Shown one piece after another: positions 9,537-17,514 of a stretch of DNA of 64,000 bases. The translations under genes and the position numbers were made by a program. The notes below the pieces were generated by a model. It was not told the DNA's origin, ran no database searches, and worked only from the letters and a program-made list of their open reading frames with translations. The stretch is from an uncultured Verrucomicrobiae bacterium (lineage in GTDB: Bacteria > Verrucomicrobiota > Verrucomicrobiia > Chthoniobacterales > UBA10450), in NCBI GenBank assembly GCA_963756875.1, contig CAVWPA010000003.1, forward strand, positions 1,376,001 to 1,440,000, written 5' to 3'. How positions within the stretch are numbered: the stretch's first letter is position 1; the number at the start of each line of letters is the position of its first letter.

Positions 9537-10013
9537 CTACCATTGAAGAATATTCAATTCTCCTTGGAATGGCCACTCGTTTGACTGGACGACGAGACCG
9601 GCGCGAACGGGATTTTCGACGACGTATTCCCATTTCGAATCATAATTCTCGTGCCGACGTAATTGGGTATCCCAAAAGTCGCGCTGCCAAATCGGATGCT
9701 CCTTGATGCGCGGCCAATGCCTGGACGCCAGATTTTTCCAGTAACGAACCCACTGTTTCAACGGTTCGCGGGGGAAAACGCCGGGTGCACAGAAAAGATG
9801 AATGTGATCCGGCATTATGACATAACGGCCCACAAGCCATGATCTTGAGTTCATCCAAGCATCGACGATTATTTGAGCAATATCTGGCGAATCAAAGATC
9901 CTTTTTCGATCTTTGCTGCAAACCGTAAGGAAAATGATTGTCGGCTGATTGTGTCTTTCAGCACTGGGCATGTGCGCTGGGTGCCTGCGACCAGCCTCGG
10001 GTTGGTGATCCAT
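9537..10013 (-). mobile_element. REP-associated tyrosine transposase (RAYT, HUH/Y1)
   Basis: FLTVC, YVIMPDHIHL (HUH), WQRDFWD..LR, Y..ENPVRAGLV; flanked by two REP palindromes. Confidence 0.9.
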
Positions 10014-10015
10014 TC

Positions 10016-10073
10016 GGAGGAAGGTGCCCGTCGTGTCCCAAATATTTGGGCGCCGACGGCGCGGCGCCCTCCA
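10016..10073. repeat. REP-like palindrome flanking RAYT (copy 2)
   Basis: Shares CCGTCGTGTCCCAAATATTTGGGCGCCGACGGCGCGGCGCCCTCCA with 9475-9534, in the same orientation. Confidence 0.85.
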
Positions 10074-10076
10074 AAA

Positions 10077-12629
10077 TTACGACCAGGTGATCAGGCGCAG
10101 TTCGTGTTCTTGCATGAGATGCGGATGGACGGGGACGACACGCACACTGAACCCATAAGCACCGCTTTCGGATGCGGGCACCTGCCCGTTGTAAATGTAG
10201 CTCCCGTCTCCGTTCCGGCCGCTCTCGTTGAGAATAGTGACCGTAGGATTTTTTACGCCTCCGTTGTCAACCTCGCCGTGATAGGCCTCCACCCGCACGT
10301 TTTGCGGGTCGACTCCGCCGAGATGGACCCGCGCGCTCACCTGCAACGATTCGCCAACCAAAACGTTTTGCCGATCCTTGTTCCCGATCTGCACATCGTG
10401 AATCTGCACCTGCGACCAGTCTTTTCGGATTTTCGATTTCCACTGGCTCAAATTCGTGGCGGCTGCGGAACCGTCGCGCGCGAAATCGCCGTACGATTTC
10501 GCGGCGGGAATGTAAAGCCGCTCCGCGTATTCCTTGACCATTCGGTGGGTGTTGAAGACCGGCGTGACGCTCCGAATCGATTCGCGCATCAACTGGAGCC
10601 AGGCGAGGGGAAGTTTGCCGTCGGGCTTTGCGTAATAGAGCGGAATGATCTGGTTCTCGAGCAACTGGTAGAGACTGCTGGCGTCTACCTCGTTTTGAAA
10701 TTCAATCGTCCCATCGGAAATCTCCGAGCCGATGGCCCAGCCGTTATTGCCGTTGTAACCTTCCGCCCACCAGCCATCGAGCACGCTGAGGTTGAGTCCG
10801 CCGTTCGGCGCCATCTTCATTCCGCTGGTTCCGCTCGCTTCCATCGGGCGCAGCGGATTGTTCAGCCAGAGATCGACACCCTGCACGAGCCTCCGCGCGA
10901 TGTAACTGTCGTAGTCTTCCACAAAAACGATGCGGTTTTCGAACCCGGTTTCGCGACTGAATTGATAGACTTCCTGAATGAGCGCCTTGCCCGCTTCGTC
11001 GCGCGGGTGCGCTTTGCCGGCAAAGATAAATTGTACCGGCCGGGAAGTGTCGTTGAGCATTCGCTTGAGCCGTTCTGTATCGGTGAATAAGAGCGTGGCG
11101 CGTTTATAAGTGGCGAAGCGGCGCGCGAAACCAATGGTCAGAATTTCCGGATCGAGAATGTGATTTACGTCGCGGATCGCCTCGGGCGATGCTCCGATGC
11201 GCTCGCAACGCGCCCGTACTCGTTCGCGCACGAACTGGACGAGGCGCAGCTTTAATCTCTGGTGCGTTTCCCAAAGCTGCGCGTCCGGAATATCCATGAC
11301 GCGCCGCCAGAAATCGGGCTCGGTAAGATGTTCCTCCCAATCACCGAGATGCTTCCGGTAGAGCGCCGAGAACTCGGGAGCCATCCAGGTTTTTGTGTGA
11401 ATTCCGTTTGTAATGCTGGTGATGGGGACTTCATGTGTCGGCACGCCGGCCCAGACATCTTTCCAGAGCAAACGGCTGACTTCGCCGTGCAGTTTGCTTA
11501 CGCCGTTTGCGTGGCGGCTCAGCCGCAAAGCGAGAATAGTCATGCTGAACGGATCGTTCTGATCGAGGCGCGTTTGGCCGAAGGAAAGCAGTTCGTCGAA
11601 TGGAAGCCCGAGTTCCTTCGCGAAGTCGCCGAAATATTTCTTCATCATCTCGCGCGAGAAGGAATCGTTCCCCGCGGGAACGGGAGTATGTGTGGTAAAA
11701 ACGTTCGCCGCCGCTACGACCTGAAGGGCGGAGTAAAAGTCGAGCTTCTTCTCAACGACGTTCAACCGAATGCGTTCCAGCGCGAGAAAAGCCGAGTGGC
11801 CTTCGTTCATATGAAACACTTCGGCGTCGATCCCGAGCGCGCTGAGCGTTTTCACCCCGCCGATGCCAAGAATAAGCTCCTGCCGCATCCGCATTTCCAG
11901 ATCGCCGCCGTAAAGTTCAGCCGTGATCAGGCGATCCTCCGCGTTGTTCTCCGGCGTATCGGTGTCGAGCAAATAGAGATTGATGCGGCCGACCTGGAGT
12001 TGCCAGACCTTGGCGAAAATGTCCCGGTCCAGAATTCGAACCGGGATGAGCAAATTGCCGTCGCCACGTTGCACCTCGCGGATCGGCAAATGGTGAAAAT
12101 TCTGGTTCAGACTGATCGCCTGTTGCGCGCCTTCCTTGTCGATCTCCTGCTTAAAATAACCGTGCCGGTAGAGGAGCCCGATGGCGACAAAGTTGAGATC
12201 GAGATCACTGGCCGATTTGCAATGGTCACCGGCGAGAATGCCGAGGCCGCCGGAATAATTCGGGATCGATTCGTGAAAGCCGAACTCCGCAGAAAAATAC
12301 GCGATCGGTTTCTTGATGGCGTTGCCGGCGCCTGTTTTTCCGTAAGTATCGGTGCGCGCCAGATAATTGTTAAATGCGTTGTGAACTTCCTTGAGGTCGC
12401 GCAGGAACGTTTTGTCCTGCGCGGCTTCCTCGAGCCGCGCCTGCCGCGAAAGTTGGAGCATGCGGACCGGATTATGATTGGTGCGATCCCAAAGATCGGG
12501 GTCGAGTTGCCGAAAGAGGCGCCGCGCTGAAGGCTCCCATGTCCACCAGAGATTCAGAGTAATCTCGCGCAACGGCTCCAGCGCCTTCGGCAGGGTCGGG
12601 ATGACGTTATAAATTTGAAATGTAGGCAT
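10077..12629 (-). CDS. glgP: Alpha-glucan (glycogen) phosphorylase
   Basis: AYFSAEFG...YSGGLGILAGDH, EASGTSGMK (PLP lysine), LSVLDGWW. Confidence 0.96.
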   Translation of the reverse strand: MPTFQIYNVIPTLPKALEPLREITLNLWWTWEPSARRLFRQLDPDLWDRTNHNPVRMLQLSRQARLEEAAQDKTFLRDLKEVHNAFNNYLARTDTYGKTGAGNAIKKPIAYFSAEFGFHESIPNYSGGLGILAGDHCKSASDLDLNFVAIGLLYRHGYFKQEIDKEGAQQAISLNQNFHHLPIREVQRGDGNLLIPVRILDRDIFAKVWQLQVGRINLYLLDTDTPENNAEDRLITAELYGGDLEMRMRQELILGIGGVKTLSALGIDAEVFHMNEGHSAFLALERIRLNVVEKKLDFYSALQVVAAANVFTTHTPVPAGNDSFSREMMKKYFGDFAKELGLPFDELLSFGQTRLDQNDPFSMTILALRLSRHANGVSKLHGEVSRLLWKDVWAGVPTHEVPITSITNGIHTKTWMAPEFSALYRKHLGDWEEHLTEPDFWRRVMDIPDAQLWETHQRLKLRLVQFVRERVRARCERIGASPEAIRDVNHILDPEILTIGFARRFATYKRATLLFTDTERLKRMLNDTSRPVQFIFAGKAHPRDEAGKALIQEVYQFSRETGFENRIVFVEDYDSYIARRLVQGVDLWLNNPLRPMEASGTSGMKMAPNGGLNLSVLDGWWAEGYNGNNGWAIGSEISDGTIEFQNEVDASSLYQLLENQIIPLYYAKPDGKLPLAWLQLMRESIRSVTPVFNTHRMVKEYAERLYIPAAKSYGDFARDGSAAATNLSQWKSKIRKDWSQVQIHDVQIGNKDRQNVLVGESLQVSARVHLGGVDPQNVRVEAYHGEVDNGGVKNPTVTILNESGRNGDGSYIYNGQVPASESGAYGFSVRVVPVHPHLMQEHELRLITWS

Positions 12630-12884
12630 GTGCCGGAGCGACGTGGAAATTCAGCGGGATTTTGTCAGGAAAATGCCGGGCCGCAAGTGCATGGAAGATA
12701 TCGAGCTGGACGCGATTTTGCGAACTGACCCGGAGACATCGATTTGGTTCCTTACTTTATGCCAAAGAAGACCCGCGGCAAACAGGGGAAAATCCTCGCA
12801 TCTGAAAGAAAGTATGCGCGTGGGAAACATGACCGGATTCTCCTGTTGCATAACACGGGCCAATTTTGGCGGTGGAAGTGATTT

Positions 12885-12960
12885 GTTGAATGGTTACAAG
12901 GTTAAAATGGGGCCGGAAGGCTGACCCATTTAACATTGTAACCTTTTTAACGTTTTAAAC
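12885..12960. repeat. AT-rich GTTACA/TGTAAC inverted repeat element
   Basis: GGTTACAAGGTTAAAATGGG pairs with CCCATTTAACATTGTAACC; same family as 13995-14095 and 46864-46975. Confidence 0.65.
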
Positions 12961-12981
12961 TGCCCGACAAATCGCTTCCAG

Positions 12982-13989
12982 TCAGATCGCCATCCGCCTT
13001 TTCGGCGCGATGATGAGGCCGACAACAAATCCAGTGATCAATCCGCAGATGTGCGCTCCCATGCTGACTTCGGGCGTGGAAATATCGAAGGCCGTCTGGA
13101 TCGCGACAATCAGCAGGATATTGAGCAACCGTTCCTTGGCTCGCGGCGCGTAGCGATGCCTGACGAAAAACGCGGCCCACGCGCCCACGATTCCCATGAT
13201 GCATCCGGACGCGCCAATGAGTTCGCCCGGGCGAGTCAGGTGGAGAACAGTCAACACGAGTACACCGGTAGTCGACCCGAGGCCCGAGATGAGGTAACAG
13301 ATGGCAAAGCGCGCCGTGCCGATCGTTCTTTCCAGCGACGGTCCGAGGACGTAGAGGGCGAAGAGGTTAAAAAGAATATGAATGAAATTGTAATGCAAAA
13401 AACAGGCGCTCAGCAGCCGCCAGTATTCATGGGTGATGAGGACCGAAGGATCGAGCGCGCCGAGACGGTATAACCCCAGGGGGCTATTCCAGCTTCTTCG
13501 CGAAATCTCAATGAGAAACATGATTACGTTGAGAGAAGCAAAAACCAAAACAGCGGGCGCGTTAGTCAGGTGCGAAGACCGACCCGGCAACGCACTGTTT
13601 GAAGGAACAGGCGAGGGGGGAACAAGACCGGCGTGCTGTTTTGCTTCCAACGAGCGCAGCAGTTGCACTTGATCGCGCAATTCAGCGGTGGGATGCAACA
13701 CCTGAAGAAGCACCGCGAGTTTTCGTGCCGATTCGTAACGGCGTTGCGCGAACAGGTCGGTTACCTTCCGCAATCCGATTGCCGGAAGAAACAGAAGCAC
13801 GAACCAGGCGCCGCCGCCGATGTAGCCGGCATGGCCGGGAAAAAACATCCATGACGCGGCGGTGATTGCCAGGACGGTCACCGCGGCGATACGCCAGCCT
13901 CGATGTCCTCCGCCTGGGCGCCAGGCGCGGCCCAGGACGAGCAACGGCGAAATGACGGCAACGAAAAGAAAAACGTGATTCAGGTCCAC
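12982..13989 (-). CDS. Rhomboid family intramembrane serine protease
   Basis: EYWRLL...FLH...HILFN, GASG, AHICGL. Confidence 0.92.
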   Translation of the reverse strand: MDLNHVFLFVAVISPLLVLGRAWRPGGGHRGWRIAAVTVLAITAASWMFFPGHAGYIGGGAWFVLLFLPAIGLRKVTDLFAQRRYESARKLAVLLQVLHPTAELRDQVQLLRSLEAKQHAGLVPPSPVPSNSALPGRSSHLTNAPAVLVFASLNVIMFLIEISRRSWNSPLGLYRLGALDPSVLITHEYWRLLSACFLHYNFIHILFNLFALYVLGPSLERTIGTARFAICYLISGLGSTTGVLVLTVLHLTRPGELIGASGCIMGIVGAWAAFFVRHRYAPRAKERLLNILLIVAIQTAFDISTPEVSMGAHICGLITGFVVGLIIAPKRRMAI

Positions 13990-13994
13990 GATGG

Positions 13995-14095
13995 CGTTAA
14001 GAAGTTACAATAGTTACATTGTTACAATGTTCGGGTCATGTGTTCTTCTTCTCGCTTTTAATCTTGTAACTGTTGTAACTTTTTTAACATTCAAA
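13995..14095. repeat. AT-rich GTTACA/TGTAAC inverted repeat element
   Basis: Three GTTACA units on the left, TGTAAC units on the right. Confidence 0.65.
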
Positions 14096-14096
14096 C

Positions 14097-14756
14097 ATGC
14101 GAATCAGCGTCACGTATTATCTTGATGTGATTTCTTCCTGGTGTTTTTGGGCCGAACCGGCGTGGGCGCAGTTGAAAGAGCGTTATGAAGGAAGGGTGGA
14201 ATTCCAGTGGAAAATCGCGCTGATGGACAAATCCGGTCTTCCCACATCCGAGGAGCAACATCAATGGTTTTACCGGCGCAGCGGCGTGATCATGGGATCT
14301 CCGTTCATGCTGAGTACCGCCTGGTGCGACCATTCAGAACCTGAATTGTTGGCGCCAAATTGCGTCGCAGTGGCGGCGAAGGATTTTGGAATCACCGACG
14401 ACCGGGTCCGATTGGCGATCGCGTATGCGGGATTGCGCGAGGGTGAAAGGGTGGGCGAGTGGGAAGTGGCGGCGACGATCGGGGCGCGGGTGGGCGACAT
14501 CGATGTGAAGGAGTTGCTCGAGCGCGCGCAATCGACGGTGGTGGAGGCGCGTGTGCGCGCGGACACGGCCGATTTCCATATGATGCAGGTGACGCAACGC
14601 CCCACGTTTGTGCTCGATAGCGAGATTGGGGACCGCGCGATCTTCTCCGGTTTCGCGAAGCTGGAACCGCTGGACGGAGCGCTGAAGGCGATGCTCGACG
14701 ATGCGGAAGCGTACACGGCGTACGCGGCGCATTTCGGTGGGCCGCCCCAAAACTAA
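14097..14756 (+). CDS. DsbA/HCCA-isomerase-like thioredoxin-fold protein
   Basis: YYLDVISSWCFWAEP N-terminus; VTQRPTFVL near the C-terminus. Confidence 0.75.
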   Translation: MRISVTYYLDVISSWCFWAEPAWAQLKERYEGRVEFQWKIALMDKSGLPTSEEQHQWFYRRSGVIMGSPFMLSTAWCDHSEPELLAPNCVAVAAKDFGITDDRVRLAIAYAGLREGERVGEWEVAATIGARVGDIDVKELLERAQSTVVEARVRADTADFHMMQVTQRPTFVLDSEIGDRAIFSGFAKLEPLDGALKAMLDDAEAYTAYAAHFGGPPQN

Positions 14757-14873
14757 TCCCGATTGAGAATGGATCGGGGATTGCTAGATTACGACGACAA
14801 CAGATTCGCCTTGCCAGCAGCAAAAATGTTACCTACATGTTCCCCTCGGCCCGCGATAGTTAATGTGGGCAGG

Positions 14874-14976
14874 TCGCCGCGGTCATCGCAGCCGCGGCGA
14901 GACAGAGTGCTCAGCGTTTCGCCAGGGGTGACGCTGAGAATTGCGATGAACATAATTACGGCGATGCGGCGCACTC
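14874..14976 (+). ncRNA. Candidate structured (pseudoknotted) leader RNA upstream of infC
   Basis: Perfect 9-bp stem 14874-82/14892-900; its loop is complementary to 14941-49; 8-bp stem 14910-17/14931-38; 14905-10 pairs with 14971-76. Confidence 0.55.
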
Positions 14977-15006
14977 CCGTTTTGCCGGCCAGGAGATCGA
15001 CTTAAT

Positions 15007-15594
15007 CTGCAACCACAATTTCGTGTAAACGGCCGGATTCGCGCTCGCGAAGTCCGGGTTATTATAGGAACGTCTGGTCAGCAACTGGGCGTCATGAAAT
15101 TAAGCGACGCCTTGCGTGAAGCTCAGGGTCGCGGCCTCGATCTGGTTGAGGTGGCGCCCACAGCCAATCCGCCCGTCTGTAAAATCGTGGCACTTGGAAA
15201 ATTCCGCTACGATCTGTCGAAGCACGACAAGGACAAAAAGCCGAGCGGGTCGAAACTGAAGGAAATCAAGTTTCGGGTAAACATCGACGAGCATGATTAT
15301 CTGACCAAGATTCGCCATGGCGAAGAATTTCTGGATCGCGGCAACAAAGTGCGGGTGCAGCTGCAATTTCGCGGCCGCGAGATGGCGCACCAGGAATTCG
15401 GGATGCAACTGATGGAAAAAGTGCGCGAGGATCTTTCCGGCATGTCCCAGGTGGAGATGGCGCCGAAGATTACCGGGCGCAATGTCACGATGACGTTAAC
15501 GCCGCTGCCGGTAAACAAGCGTAAAAGGCGATTCGCGCCGCCAGCCGAGGACGAGACGTCGCCCGACTCGCAAAAGAACGGCACCGCGGCGTAA
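15007..15594 (+). CDS. infC: Translation initiation factor IF-3 (non-AUG start)
   Basis: Conserved RVNGRIRAREVRVI lies in frame upstream of ATG 15094; in-frame stop at 14953-55; CTG at 15007 follows AGGAG (14991-95). Confidence 0.9.
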   Translation: MQPQFRVNGRIRAREVRVIIGTSGQQLGVMKLSDALREAQGRGLDLVEVAPTANPPVCKIVALGKFRYDLSKHDKDKKPSGSKLKEIKFRVNIDEHDYLTKIRHGEEFLDRGNKVRVQLQFRGREMAHQEFGMQLMEKVREDLSGMSQVEMAPKITGRNVTMTLTPLPVNKRKRRFAPPAEDETSPDSQKNGTAA

Positions 15595-15628
15595 GCTGGC
15601 GCTTTGACCTGCTGAGCGCCAGGCGAAC

Positions 15629-16276
15629 TTACTTTTTCTTCTTGTGTGGAGTCGGTGTCGTGGGCGGCGGAGTTAATGGGGCCGTCGGGAGCTGATTCGC
15701 AGCTTTGACTGCCTTTGCCAGCAGCAGGCGCTGCTGGCGCGCTTTGGCCTCGGCATTGTTCGGGTCCAGCTTGAGAACTTTGGTGCAATCAGCCATCGCC
15801 TTTGGGATGTCCTTTTTAACCTCGTAAATGTAACTGCGCCTGAGGTAGTGACCGACTTCATTCGGTTTGAGCTTGATCAGTTTCGTATAATCTTTCAGCG
15901 CCGAGTCGTAGTCTTCCATCATCATCTCGGCATAGGCGCGTCCCTCGTAAATGCTGGAGTTGCCGGGAGTCACGTCGAGCGCGCTAGAGTAGTCTTCGAT
16001 TGCCTGCTTGTATTTGTGCTCGCTGGAGGACGCGAAGGCGCGCTGCTGCAGGGCCACCGAAAGATTGGGCGCATATTTGTGGTCCATCTCTGTCGCCTTG
16101 CGAAATAGTTCGACCGCCTTATCGAAGTTTTTGCTTTTCAGCGCGTCGGCGCCTTCCAGCGCGGTTTTATTCGCTTCCGTGCGTGCCTTGCCCTTGCTGT
16201 GGGACTTCGCGTAGTTCGATTGCGGAAATGTCAGCGCAAACGCGCCAATCAGACAGAGCAAAAATGTTCTTTTCAT
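15629..16276 (-). CDS. Secreted TPR-repeat protein
   Basis: Signal peptide MKRTFLLCLIGAFAL; TPR motifs (AIEDYSSAL, ALKDYTKLI, AMADCTKVL). Confidence 0.85.
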   Translation of the reverse strand: MKRTFLLCLIGAFALTFPQSNYAKSHSKGKARTEANKTALEGADALKSKNFDKAVELFRKATEMDHKYAPNLSVALQQRAFASSSEHKYKQAIEDYSSALDVTPGNSSIYEGRAYAEMMMEDYDSALKDYTKLIKLKPNEVGHYLRRSYIYEVKKDIPKAMADCTKVLKLDPNNAEAKARQQRLLLAKAVKAANQLPTAPLTPPPTTPTPHKKKK

Positions 16277-16355
16277 AATGTGGTTTGACGGTGGATTTAA
16301 TAAATAATTCGCCGCTAACGCCAGCAATAGTTAGTTCACAAAAAAGCAGCGGCCG

Positions 16356-17204
16356 TCACGACTCATCCACTGGCGCCTGTTCGGCGTCAAGCGGCGTATT
16401 TCGTTCCGGCGGTGTTTGCGTTTGCCCGGGCTCATCGACGCGCGTAATCCGCACGGCGCGGCCATTCGTTTCGTCAATCTCGATCACGGCGCCGTGCAAT
16501 CGAGCCTCGCCGGCGGCGACCGGGAACGAAGCCGGCAGATTCGAAATAAAACGGCTCATGATTGGTTCGATGGCGCGGCCAAGGATCGAATGGACTGGGC
16601 CGCACATGCCCGCGTCGCAGAGGAAAGCAGTGCCTCCGGGGAAGATTTGTTCGTCCGCTGTCTGCACGTGAGTATGGGTTCCAATCACGGCGGAGACTTT
16701 CCCATCGAGAAAACGACCGATCGCGATCTTCTCGCTCGTTGTTTCGCCGTGAACGTCAACAATAATGATTCCGGTGTCTTCGCGCATTTTCGCCACGGCC
16801 GATTCCAGGGCGCGGAACGGGTTTTCCAAAATCGGCTGCATAAATGTGCGGCATTGCACGTTGATCACCCCGACTCGCCCCTTGGTCGTTTCCAGCACGA
16901 TCGACCCGTTGCCCGGCGCGCCCGGTGGATAATTGATCGGCCGCAGCAGGCGCGGCTCGGAATCGATAAACCCCAAAATTTCCTTCTGGTCCCAAATATG
17001 GTCGCCGGTCGTAATGACGGAAATCCCGGCCCGCAAAAGGTCGATCGTGATCTTGCCGGTGATGCCGCGTCCTCCAGCTGCATTTTCGCCGTTCACGATT
17101 GTGAAATCGATCCCGTATTGTTGTTTGAGCTCCGGCAGTCGCGAAATCACCGCGCTGCGACCCGGCTCGCCAACGATGTCGCCCAAAAAAAGTATCGTTA
17201 GCAT
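16356..17204 (-). CDS. ymdB: YmdB-family metallophosphoesterase
   Basis: [40 protein letters not shown]. Confidence 0.92.
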   Translation of the reverse strand: MLTILFLGDIVGEPGRSAVISRLPELKQQYGIDFTIVNGENAAGGRGITGKITIDLLRAGISVITTGDHIWDQKEILGFIDSEPRLLRPINYPPGAPGNGSIVLETTKGRVGVINVQCRTFMQPILENPFRALESAVAKMREDTGIIIVDVHGETTSEKIAIGRFLDGKVSAVIGTHTHVQTADEQIFPGGTAFLCDAGMCGPVHSILGRAIEPIMSRFISNLPASFPVAAGEARLHGAVIEIDETNGRAVRITRVDEPGQTQTPPERNTPLDAEQAPVDES

Positions 17205-17266
17205 TTCGTGAGCATCGTATTAAAAAGACGGGAATCCAAGAGGGGATGTATCGTTTCATACGATGG
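17080..17266. repeat. Direct repeat A, copy 1 (ymdB 5' end, intergenic DNA, first 7 codons of the amidase)
   Basis: Matches 21198-21382 with 3 substitutions and a 2-bp A-run deletion. Confidence 0.92.
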
Positions 17267-17296
17267 GCAATCGTTTGGTTCACGGCGGCGACCGCG

Positions 17297-17449
17297 AGCG
17301 GAGCGAGCACGGGCGAGCACGAAGCCTGGGAATTGCGCGACGGCGACAAAGGCGCTGCCGGCCAGATTCACCTCCACTTCCACCGTCGGGTTGCCGCGCG
17401 AATCGAGAATCTCGCGTGCGTGAATTTTGCTGATGCTGGTCGCCGACAT
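17297..17449 (-). pseudogene. eno: Enolase 5' fragment with internal inversion
   Basis: Minus strand 17351-17449 reads [27 protein letters not shown]; the following [18 protein letters not shown] is on the plus strand at 17297-17350. Confidence 0.88.
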
Positions 17450-17514
17450 TTCGTTAGGGACTTCAGCCGCTTTTCGCCGCGGCGCAACCGCTCTTTCGCC
17501 CTGCCAGCCGGGAG

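Noticed and set aside
9873..12530. Long plus-strand ORFs (405 and 422 aa)
   Set aside because: Antisense shadows of glgP, expected with high-GC codon bias; no recognisable motifs
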